This document shows, piece by piece, positions 38,216 to 51,543 of a stretch of 64,000 bases of DNA. Position numbers and translations under genes: made by a program. Source of the stretch: Camelus ferus (taxonomy: Eukaryota); the NCBI RefSeq assembly GCF_009834535.1, contig NC_045697.1, positions 115,818,001-115,882,000 of the forward strand. Reading direction: 5' to 3'. Under the pieces are notes generated by a model. It ran no database searches. It saw only the letters and a program-made list of their open reading frames with translations, and had not been told where the DNA came from. The stretch's first letter is position 1. Each line of letters begins with the position of its first letter.

Positions 38216-38423
38216 GCCTCAGAATGTAGCAGAACTGTCCCTAGAGCTCCTTCGTGTGCTTGTGCAGACGGTGTTCCCAAATATCAGACCATTTGGTGGA
38301 AAATTAACTATCTCCAATTGTGGAGCATTCTTGAAAGCTGATCTTCATCAGTTAACGTCGGGATGAGGGGTAGAGGATGAAAAGCAGGAATTAAATGGGT
38401 AGGAGTTTTGACCCGGGCTGATG

Positions 38424-38980
38424 TGTCTGATAAATTGGAGCTCCTCTAGGAAAAATAAGCTCTGAGAGAGAAAATGAGTTTATTCCTTAAGGAAGGAAAT
38501 AATCAAGAATGAGCATCATGCTGTGTTCAGGATACTGGACACCCCTAGGGAATGCTTTGTCTAAGGGCTGGTCGTGAGAAGCAGTAGGCGCTTTCCTGCT
38601 GACCAGAGAGGGAGAAGAATGGCAGGGGTTAGTGGTCCAGGGGTGCTGAGCAGCGGGGCAGGCTGTCGTCTGCAGTGGATGAAAGCGGGTGGCCCAGAGC
38701 AAGTCAGCAGCAGCAGTGAACGGTCCTGGAAGTCCGCAGCCCAGCAGAGCGAGCAGCCGTGTGGGCAGGGGTCGGCAGGCTGCCGCGTGGAGGCGGTCAG
38801 CGCAGAAGGAGACCTCGGAGACCAGCAGGGGCAGCCCAGCAGATGGAAGGCGGCCCTGCAGATTCCGGTTCCGAAACAAATGTGAGACTCTTCCTTCCTT
38901 CCGGGGGCCCCACCTCCCGCAGGAAAATGAAGTTACCGAGATCCTCAGTTGATGGAACACAGACACCATTTGACAACACA
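38424..38980 (-). mobile_element. Probable old ERVL-class solo LTR, CpG-rich
   Basis: TG...CA ends; minus-strand AATAAA (38479-84) about 55 bp from the end; plus-strand start loosely resembles reversed ERVL LTR ends; no clean TSD. Confidence 0.4.
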
Positions 38981-40760
38981 GAAGAGGATGTATTTTTAGC
39001 ATTTAGGGAGGCAGATTTCCTGGGAGGAAAAGACTGATTTCCTTCTCTTTCAAGAAAATGGAGCACAGGCCATCAAGTTTTGAATATTACTGTACATGAG
39101 ACACCTTTTTACTAGCTAGAAATTGAATCCAAGGATGTGAAATTTCGAGCCTAAATTATCAGCAGAATTGCTGCAGTTTTCAATTAAGAGACCTCAGCGT
39201 ACCTCCGGGCATGAGTTGTTCTCTAGCTACGGAAGTACTTCATCTTTCCTTCTCTGTCTCTCTGTTTTTGTCAAGGACAGTCACACACAGACGCAGCCAC
39301 AGGTTTCCACGCATGGTCCATTTTACCCCTATGGAAATATAAGAATCCATTTCAGCATTTCAAATGAAAAAACACTGGATATGAAAATATTTGGAGCTAG
39401 AAGAGTGTGCTTTTTAGAACTCCGGGTTCAAATGATGACAAGGACAGAAAACTTATGCAAGTTTTTTTTAAATATACTCCTGTACGTGTGTTTTCTTATT
39501 TTTCAATTTGGCATTGTCTTCGGCTTTTTGGAGTGGAAGAGAATTACCTGGACTTAAATTTGAGAGAAAGAGAGAGGATTTTGGTTGCCAGGGGAGGATG
39601 TGGTTAAATTTTAGTATTATTTCATTATTTGTTGATTCGATTTTTTTCTTCTACTTGTTGCTGGGATTCCAAAAGTAACTCAGAATCCTTGGGTGCTGTT
39701 AAGAAAAGAGGATATCTTTATCACAACCCACATAACCAGAGCAATAGGAATCTGAGAAAACAAAGGAAGGAGAAGGCCTTGGAAATTCAAACTTTTTTTC
39801 ACATGTTGGGGAGACATGGTTCTCTGAAAGCCACAGTTTCAGAGAAGAGAACACAGGACCAAAAGAAGCACACGGAGAAAGCCAAGTGTCCAAGACTAAG
39901 ACAGCAGGCAGTCCGTCCCTGGAGTCCTGGCCAGTGCCCCTGAGGTAGCTCATGGCAGATGACAGTCAGAAGCGTTGTGCTAAAGTCCCCAAACAACGTT
40001 TTACTAGTGTTCGCATCAATGAAAATGCACAGCCTTCAACAATCAGAACTCAAGTATCTCTTTAGCTCCATCTCCTAGTTTTTACCAAACCCTCAACTCT
40101 AGCCCAGATTTTTCTCTGCTAACCCCTAACCCTGTTCAGTTCTGTCTCCATCTCTTGTTCAGGACTTACTGGCCTGAAATGCCTGCCATTTTTTCATCTA
40201 AATCCCACCCATTTTCAAGGCTCCAGGGAAAGCCCTCCTCTACCACAGAGCCTGAAAAGATTCCCTCCTTCCCAAAATTCCTGAAAATTTTGTTAGTGAT
40301 CTTACAAAAATGCCTTTCTTATTGTCTTGCGTTGTTAGTTTAATAGTCATATCTAACCCTTTAGAGCTGTTTACTGTGTCTTGTCACAAAATATAACCTC
40401 CCCCTGTAAAGAGTTGATCACAAGCAAGCTCCCTGGGGTCAGAAGCCCTGTTTTGCCCTTCATGCCTACCGTTCGTGTTTAGTCTTTTGATACATTGAGA
40501 ATATGTCCGGTGATTTGTCACCTTCTTGGAGTGGCGAGTGTTCGTAAGAAACCCTGGGAATCCATTCCTCCCTCAAACTCGACACCTGCTTCATTTAGGC
40601 AGATAAAGATCAATCCGATTTTTAAGGATTTCTCAAAAGTGAATTTCCAAAGCCTCTTCTGATCTTTGCCACTCTTTTGGAAATTACCTCCGCTGTTGGT
40701 CTGACTTCACACCACAGTTCCCAGCATATCCAGACCAAGTTTTCCCAAATTCCCCCAGCT

Positions 40761-40979
40761 CAGTGGTTCTCAAATGGGAGCGAGGGAGCAATTTTGCACC
40801 CCCAGGAGTCATTTGGCAATGTCTGGGAACATTTTCGGTTTTCACAACTCGGGATGAGCTATATACATTCAGTAGGTAAAGAACAGAAGAGCTGCTGGAA
40901 GTCCTACAATGGCAAGTCCCCCTACAGCCAAGAGGGACCCATCTGGAGAGGTCAGCAGTACCAAGGGCGAAAACCTCTG
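40761..40979. mobile_element. MER20 hAT-Charlie MITE
   Basis: CAGTGGTTCTCAA...TTTTGCACCCCCAGGAGTCATTTGGCAATGTCTGG...AAACCTCTG, about 219 bp. Confidence 0.85.
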
Positions 40980-41369
40980 TTCTCACTGAAGATTTCTCCT
41001 CCTCTTATTTTAATATTAATATTATTACTTATTAATAATAAAATAAATACTATTTTAAAATATACAATGCTCTACCCTGTTCTTACTAGAAGCCTTTTTA
41101 GTATGATAAAGTTACTTTAATGGGACTATTTCTCCCAGCAACAGATGCTTATAGGCAAGAGCACTTTGATGCTTAAGGTATTTTGTCTCTCCCTTCCTTA
41201 TGGGAACTACTAATCTTTACTTTGCAATTTGAAGAACTTGATGAGAAGGACTCACGCATTTATCTTCTTTCGATGCTCTGGCTCTTGGTACTTAGCACCA
41301 GCCTTATGCTTCCCTCTAGTACCAGAGACTGCCAGCAGACCCCAGGACAAAAAAGGCAGATCCTCAGAA

Positions 41370-41620
41370 TAGTAATGCCTAACCTTTATTAAATGCTTGC
41401 TCTCCTCCAGATACCCTTTGTGTTTAACAAGGATTATGCCAATTGATCTTCCAACAACCCTGTGTGACAGGCACTCTTATTTCACAGATGGGAAAACCAA
41501 GATGTAAGATACGTTTTTTTATTCAAAGTCAAACAGTTAACAAATTCAATATTCAAGATTCAAAAACAAGCGTTCTGCCTCCAATGACCGTCTTCTCAAC
41601 CAGTGAACTGTACCATTTAC
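41370..41620 (-). mobile_element. MIR SINE
   Basis: TCTTCCAACAACCCTGTGTGACAGG...ATTTCACAGATGGGAAAACCAAG. Confidence 0.7.
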
Positions 41621-41834
41621 ACTCTGCTGTATTTGACTGTATTCCTCAAGTATGGACCTCAGAACTTTTCGTAACAAGGTTAGGAAAAGTATACTTTCAA
41701 ACAGAAGCAAACAAATGCAAGAAAGCAGGTTATTTTCCCAATGCATTAACCAGATGAACAATGTCAAAAATAAAACTTATTTCTAAGAAGCTTCATTTGC
41801 CTTCCATTTTCCAGAAATTATGCAAATCTCTTCT

Positions 41835-42425
41835 TCTATAAAGATGAATAAGACCCAGTCCCCGACCTCAAAGAATTTGTGGTGTATTAGAAGAGAACCC
41901 ACCCTTTGAGGCTAGCATCCCACAAGACCTGTGAACAAAGGGTTGTGGAGAATAGAACAGAAACAGAGAAAGGCTCAGCCTGGAAGGTAACACTGCAAGC
42001 AGCTGTTGATGGAGACATAGACAACATGGAGGTGATGTCAGCCAAGTGGAAAAACAGAAGGACAGACCTACGGATGCTTCTGTTCTCCGTGGAACTAGAA
42101 ATATGTAACTCACCTGGCTAAGTAAAAAGTTCAGTGTAAATCAATAGTGAAATAAAAAATTTGAAAAGAAAGAAGAGTCAAAGGATAATGCACTGTGTTT
42201 GTGAAGCTGACTGTAATCCTCAGGGCAATGGATTGGGGATTCTTGAGCAGGAGAGTGTCCTGGTCAGATCCGCCCTTGTGAAAGGTCAGCTGGGCTCCAG
42301 AGTGGAATATGTATTCAAGAAGGACAAGCTCAAAGGAAGGCAAACCAGATAGGCATTTACTGAAGCAATCCCCACGAGAAACAGTAAGTGCCTGAACAAA
42401 GACTGTGGCCGTGGAGGTAACAGGA
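41835..42425 (-). mobile_element. L2 remnant
   Basis: AAAGATGAATAAGACCCAGTCCCCGACCTCAAAGAA and GAGCAGGAGAGTGTCCTGGTCAGATC are reverse L2 blocks. Confidence 0.6.
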
Positions 42426-43235
42426 AGTTCTCTGCCAATAAACAGGTGTTCCTTACCTGAGTTATTTCCTAAAATTTACAACCCAATACACATCACCATC
42501 AGAACAAAGCCCTTAAGCACCATCGTAAATATATTGCTCTTCAACCGAACATCCAGCGCTCCTGTGATCGCTCTTGAATTTCATGGCAAAAACATCTAGA
42601 CCTTGCTCTCTAACAGCCCGAGTCCAACCAGCATTCCATGACAGCAGGTAAGATTCTCATCCGTCAAAGAATAATGAGAGATGGACAACAAATCCTAAAT
42701 CCCCCACATACGGTAGGCTTTCGATAACATTAAACAGATAATTCAAGAACTTCTTCCTGGAAGTTCTCGATAACGTGCGATCGAAACCCTTCATAGTGTA
42801 GTTAGAGTTCATTTGGCCTCGTTTTGTGTTATTTCCTCATATTTGAGAAGTCACACATGTGTTTATCTACCTGGATTTTAGCTTTTGAGGGACAATTTAT
42901 TTTTAACCCCAAAGTAAGAATTTTCACTTCTGAAAGCTTAAGCCTTAAAAAAGAAACTGATTTCTTTCAGAGCCTAATAATGCTAAATGTGCTCAGATAT
43001 AGCTGACAGAAGTAAGTGTGGAAATGCAGGAACTACTTAAACTGGATACGGAAACAGAGCATTATTTCTGCCTCCAGTAGCCTAAAATAGCTGAAAGAAT
43101 CTGGTAAAGCAATTGCCTCCCTTCCCCAGGTCTTAGTTGTACATATAATTTTCCTAGAAGGGCCATTTACAGCCCTCTGGGTGAACTTGGGATCCGCTGC
43201 TGCTGTTCACCGGCACCCTGTCCTTCTTCTACCTT

Positions 43236-43846
43236 TGTTACTAAACCCAGGTTCACCTGCCTAATGCTTGAAAGCCAATACTCAAGAAGCAAGTGTTGCT
43301 TGGAAAGGAAAGATTGCTTTATTCAGGAAGCTGGCAACCTGGGGAGAAGGTGGACCTGTGTCCGAGAGCCAGCTCTGAAGATTCTTCTCAACCATGGAAG
43401 TTTTTAAAGGGAGAAAGGGACTCGTTGCAGTTAGTCATTTGGGGAGGGGTCAGAGTCTGGTATCTTCCACTGTGTTCAGAGTTTTTTTCTGATTGGAGTT
43501 GGTGAGGTCACAGGGTCATGCTCCAAGAAACTTGTGCTCAGCCTGAAGTCACCATCCTCTACCTCGGTGGGAGCCTTAGTTCCTGCAGAATATGCACAGG
43601 TATTGTCCTGTGTATTTCTTGAGGAGGAACCAGGACTCTGCTTTATCACTGAACTACTGTTTCTTGACTGCTCCTCTCTTGTCTCTGCCTTCCCTCCCTT
43701 CCCTGATTAGCATCTGTTTGATTCTGCCCTTGGAACTCAGGGAAGGTCAAGGAGGCTGCATGAAGCCTATTTCCTACAAACAGGAAATGGGAGACATGGA
43801 AAGGACTCATACCCGGGAGGGCCCCTCAGGGTCCTGCTTGGTTTTA
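43236..43846 (-). mobile_element. ERV1-class solo LTR with TSD
   Basis: TGTTAC...GGTTTTA; 4-bp TSD CCTT at 43232-35 and 43847-50; minus-strand AATAAA near 43320. Confidence 0.9.
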
Positions 43847-44945
43847 CCTTACTGCTTCTCCCCTTTAGGAAGATGCTTGTTTCATCGCTGTCCCTCTTTC
43901 CCTACTTGCCCTCATTGAGGGAAGATTCTTTAGTGGCCTTTTTCATAACTGCATTTCCAGTGCAGCCAAGCATAGTGCTTGACACATAGGAAGTACTCAA
44001 TAAATATTCAATGTACATTCAATACGTGGCATAATCTGCTCATTCATCCATCCAAGCTATTCAAAAGAGACTTGAGGTGGAAAAATAAATATGAATCATG
44101 GTCAATGGGGAATGAGGCTGTGTTCTAAGTTGGGAGAAAGATTCTTTCTGTATATGGTTTTACCATTGTTTGGATTTTTATGTCATTTGCAGGTTTTCTT
44201 TTTTTTTTTCATAATGTAAAGCCTTTTTTAATTAAAAATTCTAAAAGTTTTTCAACTCAATAATACATAGATTTCTTCCCTCTGTTTAACTGAACTCTGA
44301 GACAGAAAACGTAGCTGGAAAACAGAAAAAACATTTATTGACTCATAAATACTAAGAACCTCTTTATTCCCTAAGTATAATTAGACATAATTGTTAAGGA
44401 AAAAAAAAAAAGTTCTTCCTCGAAGATATTTGGGTTTGAGAACTATTACAGCAGTCATTTCAATTCTCCAGTGTTCCTGAAGTAGGCACTCATTTTGCAT
44501 TAGGAAAAAGAATAGGTGGGGGAAAAGCATTAACTTAAATTGCACTACCTCATTGAAAATCCCTTTTAATGTATATTGCCTATAATAGTGATCAGAACTT
44601 CTCCACACACCATTAGCATCTGAGGACACTTTTTTCAATCCAGTCAAAAGTAACTAAATATCTCATCAGTATCTGATGATTGATTAAGGCTTTATTTGCT
44701 ACTCTTTTTGTAACAAAATATAAATTTATAATTCTATCACTATAAATGTATCACTTCCCAGTTATGTCCCTTATTAAGAAACCATTCTATAAGAGTAGCA
44801 GTTTGGACCTGAAGTAACAGAAGATCTTTTAAAATTCCTTTTTAAATTAAATACATTGTATTATTTTACCTAACAAGAAATTGGAGGCAGCGTGTTTTTG
44901 AGGGTGGATGGTTCTGTTATTTTTTTTTTTTCATATTTCCCCTCT

Positions 44946-45436
44946 TGTCATGTCAAAGCCCCAAAATGATTTCAGAAGGTCTAGACATCATATCTCCAGT
45001 CAACAACCTTTGAAATCCAGAAAAGAGTAGTGCCTTTCCTTTGCTGAAATAACTTTCTAGGGTCAAGATGAAGCCACTCCCACCCAAGGTGCCACATCAG
45101 CAAAATGAAACTTAAATAATTTTTATGTCCCTGTAAATGCTCCACTTGATGAGAAGGGCAGCATATCCCATCAGCCAATGCACAAACACTAACCCTACTC
45201 TGGGCTGCATACTTATTTCCTCTTCTTTCTCACCCCAAACAAGGTCGACTGTGTGGCCCCAGCCAATCAGATATTTTCTATTTTTCTCTTCCTTGCCCTT
45301 TATCCTTCATTCTATAAAAGCTTCCTGCCTTCCACCCCATTTTGCAGTCCTCTGAATGGAGACTGCTCACTTCATGAAGTGTTGAGCAAAAGTTGTTTGT
45401 AGCCCCTAAAATGTCTTCTTTAACCATTTTTTAACA
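44946..45436 (+). mobile_element. ERV1-class solo LTR
   Basis: TG...TTAACA ends, two CAGCCAAT boxes, TATA-like CTATAAAAGC near 45312. Confidence 0.7.
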
Positions 45437-46243
45437 CCTTGGACCTCCTTTCTTAACAGAGAGGGAAACTTCCACAGAGTTGGCCAGCAGCCCTCCCCAG
45501 CCATGCTCATTTCTGAGTTGTTGGCAAAGGGAATAGAACTACCAGGGTTGTTTTCTGCTAATCAGAATGACACGTGGTGCTGAAGAGCGACCACTCTCCT
45601 TCCCCAAGCAAATGGATGCCTGGCATCTGGAAAATGTCCAAGTTCTGTTTGCCAGGATGGGAGACAAGGGCAACTTGACAGTCACCCAAGTGAAATCAGT
45701 CCCATGAGTACTTTTCCTCTGATTTGCCCATTTTAAGAATAGAATCATGATTATAATTGTTGGTAGAGGCTCACTCTGATTAGGTAATTATCTTTAGTAA
45801 GAGCAAAAAGGAATTTTTTTGTTCATTGATGTATTCTATGCATTTCAAAATGAGCTAGTGGCTAGAATAACATGAATCATGGTCCTTGCCCTCATGGGGT
45901 TTCCACGGCCACAGGCAAGATGTTAGCTCCAAAGTGAAAACATAATCACAATTGGGATGAGCGTGATGATGAGGATGGAGCTATAAGTAGTAAGAAGATA
46001 ATACGGGGAGGATGCTCTTCAGTTCAGAGATTCAGACTCCTCTGGGGAGCCGGAGATGAAAGGAAGTGGGTGGAGGACAGCATCCTGAGCAGAAGAAAAA
46101 GCATGTGAAGGTTTTGACACAGGACCGAGGCCGTCATGTGTGAGAAGGGACCCTTCTTCCTCTGATTCAAGAAGGCAGAAAGCAAGGATGGTTCCAGGTG
46201 CAGATAAGGTGCAACAGGTTGAGAGATCCCCCTTGAACAGGCT

Positions 46244-46725
46244 TGGGGAGGAAAACTTTTCCCTTCTTCCCATCTAGGTCCTCTGGCTGGTTTCTAATAA
46301 TTAAATTGACATAAGACATATTAACAGGAGGAAAACAAATTTAATAATGTACATAGGGGACCCCCTCAGAGACCTGAGACTCAGTGGTAGTCAGCAACTG
46401 CAGCTTATATGCCATCCTGAGCTGAGGCAAGAAAGGGCAGGGGTCTGGGGCTTCAAAATGGAAGAAGAGAATTCTTAGGAAGATGAGAAGGGCAAAATTT
46501 GGTAAACATGCTTGTCTTGCCACACAGGTGAGTCTTTCTGGTATGAGAAGCTAACTCTGGTGATGGTTATCTTCCTGGTACTGGATTTCTATCTAAATTC
46601 TTTTAGGCAGTTAAGGGGGAAGTAAAAACTCTTCCTGAGTCTGCTGGGTCTTAATTGCCTTCAGCTCACAATAATCCACATGCCAATGTGGCATATTTTA
46701 GGGTGGTATATTCTGCTCTCCTTCA
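46244..46725 (-). mobile_element. MER34-family solo LTR
   Basis: Minus strand begins TGAAGGAGAGCAGAATATACCACCCTAAAATATGCC, the MER34-type start. Confidence 0.8.
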
Positions 46726-46813
46726 ATAGGGCTTATCTCTTTAGTGAAATAAGACATTGGGCAATTTGCCTTAGAATACTGCCATTGACAGAAACCACGA
46801 CAAATTCATTTTT

Positions 46814-46980
46814 TTAAGAGTTTGTTGTTTTTTTTTTTTTTTTTTTTTAGGCAGCGGAGGTAATTAGATTGATTTATTTATTTTTATTTAATTTTTTTTT
46901 AATGGAGGTACTGGGGATTGAACCCAGGACCTCACGCATGCTAAGCACACACGCACCACTGAGCTACACCCTTCCCCCTT
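46814..46980 (-). mobile_element. tRNA-derived SINE
   Basis: Reverse A and B boxes (GGGATTGAACC, CCACTGAGCTA), T tail, TSD GACAAAYTCATTTTT at 46799-46813 and 46981-46995. Confidence 0.95.
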
Positions 46981-47027
46981 GACAAACTCATTTTTAAAAT
47001 AGAGGGAGGGGAAGATTTAAAATCTCC

Positions 47028-47547
47028 TTTATGGGAGGAAAAATATCCTTTCCTTTGTCTTTTTCAGTCCTCCACTGGGAATCCTGTAACCAAAGACGGA
47101 TGAACAGCATCCAAATTTATTCCATATATGAGAAAAGAATACAAATTTCTTTAATGTAAGTTTTGCATGACATGAGAGTCCTCATAAGGAAATGAAGACC
47201 TGAAGAAATGGTTAAACATGAGTGATCTTATGCCAGGCGTGATAAAGCGTGGAGAGTCATGGAAAGACATGATAGGACGAAGGGGAGTTGTGTTAGTACC
47301 AACAGGCTCAAGGTCTGCTGCTTCAGATCCCTCGCTGAGTTCCTTCTCTTTGTCAGAGATAAGGATGCTTCTCTCCTCCAGGCATAGGAAGGGCACCTCT
47401 CACAGGAGTGTTTTATGACCTGCTTCAGCGAAAGGTCAGAAAGTCCTTCCTCCACCTGTCATTTCTCAAGTTCTTTCAGCTTGAAATATTCAATATGCCA
47501 AGTATGTATGTATCATACTTTGGGGCAATGTGCCCTGAACCCCGCCA
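47028..47547 (-). mobile_element. MER34/MER39-family solo LTR
   Basis: Minus strand begins TGGCGGGGTTCAGGGCACATTGCCCCAAAGTATG; CTCC on both flanks (47024-27, 47548-51). Confidence 0.8.
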
Positions 47548-47889
47548 CTCCTGTGGTAGCCACAGGATGAGAAGTGACGTAGGAAAGCAGGGAGCCCTGA
47601 GGTCCTCCAGGACTAGAGCCAGAAACTTAAAAAGTGTCAAGGCTGTCTTGCGCTCGCCCACCCCTGGGCATCAGTTTCATCATCTCAGGCTCTTCCCTTG
47701 TGAAAGGTGATGTTGCTGGAGGCACCTCTTAGGGAAAAGCTTACAGCCCATAAAAGAGATGAAATGCATAATTCTCTATTGTTTGCATCCAAAATACAAC
47801 CCAGCTGGACACACCCCTGAATCAAGCTCTGTGCCCAGGAGAATAAAGCACTGTTACTGACTCCCTGTGTCTGGCAGGTGGGGTCCCTC

Positions 47890-48541
47890 TGAGACAGGAA
47901 GTGGGCAGGGCACAGCCATTCAAGGAACAGCACAACAATTAACATCAGGATGGCTGAGAATTCAACCCCCAATAGGCCTTGAGGCTCAAAATAGTAGGAG
48001 GTTTGACTTCCTTGAGCTTCATTTTATGCTCACTGTAACATATCAGCCAAGGTGAATAACATGCCTACAGGCACCATGGCAGTCCCAAGGCTGCCCGCAA
48101 AAGGTCAGAGAGTGGGAAATGGCCAGCTTCCTGGAATCCCAGCCCCTTTCCCAGGGTGGTTAGACTGGTCCTTCTACTTATTAGTATATGAAGCTACGAA
48201 GCCCTTAAAAACTGGCAACACTGCCCCGCACAGCCTCTCTCTCTCCCTCCTCTTCGGAGACAGCCCGCACTCTGTCTGTGGAGTGTGTACCTACATTTAC
48301 TCTCATCTGAGCACCCAATCCCCACACCTCGTGGCCTTTCCTCTTATCTTTTGAAACAGCCTACAGTCTATGCAGTATGTATCTCTCTAAATAAATCTGC
48401 CTTTACTCAACTGTGATTCACTCTTGGAATTCTTTCCTGCGTGAAGCCAAGGACCCACCCTTGGCAGGGCACATCCCACGGACTCAACCCAGGCCTGGGA
48501 CACGGCCCTTCTCATGCCCCAGATCCATTTTTCCTGCATCA
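47890..48541 (+). mobile_element. MER41-like ERV1 solo LTR with TSD
   Basis: TGAGAC...GCATCA; AATAAA followed by GAATTCTTTCCTGCGTGAAGCCAAGGACCC (MER41-type U5); TSD CCTC at 47886-89 and 48542-45. Confidence 0.85.
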
Positions 48542-50405
48542 CCTCATCCAAAAGAAGAGAAAGTGGTTGGGCACAGGAGATAGTCATTACATGAAATCTC
48601 TTCCCCCAGAACAACCCAAATGTGGCTGATAACTAAATACACAGTATTTTTTAAAATCATCTACAATTAGTTAATGTACATAAACAACACAAATCCCCTA
48701 TGATTCCAGTACCAAAGTTCTAAGCCACCTCACAAAGGAAGAATCGATGAAACCTTCAGCCAGTCTCAGCTTGAAGGAAAAGTTCCCATTCTTGTTTGGA
48801 AACTGTTCTTTCACTGGTTGGTTCTATGATGCTAACTTAATCTTATTCTGTGTTCCAGTTTATTCCATATCCCACGCCAGACCTTATGAGAATTTTCCCT
48901 TCATGTCTACTTGCCGATGCTCAGAATTTCACACTTGGTTCTCACTGTAGCTATCGCTGCTCTTAACTGGTTACTTCACAAATTTCTGCAAAAATGGCAC
49001 AGGACAAATTATACACACAATTATGGAAATGGTCAGCCTTGGTCTTTATCACATACAAATCATACAATCCATATTCAATTTGCTTAGTTTTGAAAGTGCT
49101 AGCAGTTTTTTTTTTTAATGGACAAAAAGACCTTGTGACTAACTATAAAAATTCAATTTCAATTCAGATATCACCACCTGCAGAGTCATTATGAGATGAT
49201 GCAATTCAAAAACCAAGCAAGCATAGCATTTACTTGGATGAGTCAGAGACGGAACTAAGAGGTCAGATTCTGATTTGTTATGATTTTCTCCAGCCCTGCC
49301 TCTACCTACTGCATTGTATTTTTCTTTAAGCATATTTTCCAGAAAATTTCAATGTCTAGAGCTTCAACATTTCAACCGTATTTACAAACCTTGAAACCTA
49401 AAAGCGTAGCTTAAAAATGTAGAGTAGAATCGAAAGACATTAAAATACTTTACTTCTACTTATCCTCTTATGCTGCATAGCTTTCTTTTAAAAGGTAAAC
49501 AAAAGTATTTGCACACTTGGAGAAATGTCCAACAAATCTTAAGCAACATAGAAAATACGTAACTACATTCTAGAATTGAAAAAAATATTTTTTTCTTTCT
49601 TCCTAATGATTGCAAATTCATGACAGAGCTCCATCCAGTCTCCAGGAATGGTTAAACCTTTGGGTTAAAGGAAATATTTATTGGCTGTTCTCTACAGTAC
49701 ATTAAAAATAGTTCCTTATACCTTTAACTGTTAATTAGCTCGAGTATTTGGTTCAGAAACCACAGCCCTGTTTCGTGTGACCTCACTGGTATGGCATCTG
49801 GGCAATTATCTTTGAGATAATGAGACTTTTCATCCATAACAGAACAACAGCCTCTCACTTGGATTGCAAAAGATCAGAGCCAATCTGCTCCCCGGCAGGG
49901 TGCCTGCCATCCCCTTTGTATCATACCTTATTTCCAAACTAACCTTTCACATTCTGAATTAATTACAGTGTTTTCAGATCAAAAATTAATGAATTCACTT
50001 TAGCATCATTTAAGGGGATAATAGGCACAAAATATCATACAATGTTGTGGATCCTGATACCACAGTCTGAAAGGAAAGGTAAACTACATCGCTTATAGAA
50101 TGTTCTGACATGTCCTGTAGCCACCCCAGATTCTAATTTTGGTTGCTTAAGAAAGTAAAAGAAGATGTAGGGATAGTGTGCTAAATACTTAGTTGGCATT
50201 TTGATGCAGTCTAATTCCGTTCAGAAATTAATCTCAAGGTTACCAAGCTTTCTATCAGCTTGTTCTAATAAGGTCCTTAATCTCTACCATCACCCACTCC
50301 TCTTTATTTATTTCCCTGCCTTGTTGCCTCACCTATTCTTCAACACTAAATGTGCCTTACCATCTTAGGAAACACTAAATGAAGATGAGGGTCAGAGATT
50401 TGTTG

Positions 50406-50905
50406 TGTCAACTGAAATAAAATGCACAACCTAAAAGTTGAGAGTTATGTTTTATTTTGCAGGTATTTCTGAGGACTTAAGCCCGGGAGACAGCCTCTCA
50501 GATGACTCTGAGGGACTGCTCCAAAGTGGCAAGGTAGAAGCCAGGATTTATGAGTTTTTGCAACAAAGGCCAGGTAGTCGGAACATCAAAAGATTATTGT
50601 TAAAGAAAACCAGATATCTCACGTTAAGGAATTTAGTGCTTTTCTATGCATGGGAAGGTGCAAACGTCTGGGCTCGTTGAAATCATTCCTTTAATGTGCA
50701 TCTGGCTGTCTAGGGCTAGAATCCTGTTCCTTCCCATCCTGAGTTTCCCCAGGGGACACAGCTGAGGGTGGCAGCAGAAGCCGGGCTGCCTGCTTGTCTG
50801 CCCCAGAGTTCCCTCCACTCACTGTCAGGGGTGGCGGCAGCGGCTGATGACGATGCCCACAGCATCCTTTGTTTACTGATAGGGCTGAAATATTTTTCAT
50901 TCACA
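50406..50905 (-). mobile_element. ERV1-class solo LTR with TSD
   Basis: TGTCAA...TTCACA; TSD GTTG at 50402-05 and 50906-09; minus-strand AATAAA near 50452. Confidence 0.9.
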
Positions 50906-50978
50906 GTTGAAACCTCTTTTTTTTAGGAGACTCTTCTCATAAGAAAGTTTGAGACAGATAAATTCAATGTAGGGATGT

Positions 50979-51421
50979 AGGTAAAGAAAAAATTATTTAG
51001 ATACTTATTAAAGACAGTAAGGAAAACTTTATTGCAGAGGGACCACTGCTATGGGAGAGCTGCAATGGGGACAGAGGTTGAGTTCCACTCTGAATAGAAC
51101 TAGGACCAGGGAGGACTTACAGCCAAGAAGCAGGGTGGGGCCAGTGGATGGAAAATTATTAAGAGGAAACCCCCAGACTAGAGGGATAGTTCCCAGACTG
51201 ACTCAACATTCTTGCTGAGATCAGTGATGAAGCCTCCATGGTGACGGGTGAGGAATTTGATCAGATATGGAGAGTGAGGAATTTTTGATAAACTGATTTA
51301 ACAGGATTCTTGATGAAACTGAACCAAGCCATCCAAGGACAGAGCCCAAGTTGGTCGCCTAGTTAGATGAGAGCTCAGAGAACCCTGATTCATGTCTGGT
51401 CAAAGGAGAGAATTGTCCTCA
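50979..51421 (-). mobile_element. MER31-like solo LTR
   Basis: TAAAGAAAAAATTATT...CAGTGGATGGAAAATTATTAAGAGGAAAC...GGAATTTGATCAGATAT...GGTCAAAGGAGAG; homologous to 62940-63348. Confidence 0.85.
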
Positions 51422-51543
51422 ATATGAAAACTCCTTAATATAACCTTGAAATGCCGGAACAATCAGTCCTCTGATTGTTTTATGCTTGACTTGACTTACT
51501 CAGAAAGGAGGGATGCCAAGAAAAGGGCTGTCACCATTCCCTT

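Noticed and set aside
38487..39066. Five overlapping ORFs of up to 171 aa as a protein-coding gene
   Set aside because: No recognisable domain, several non-ATG starts, and open frames on both strands are expected in GC-rich sequence.
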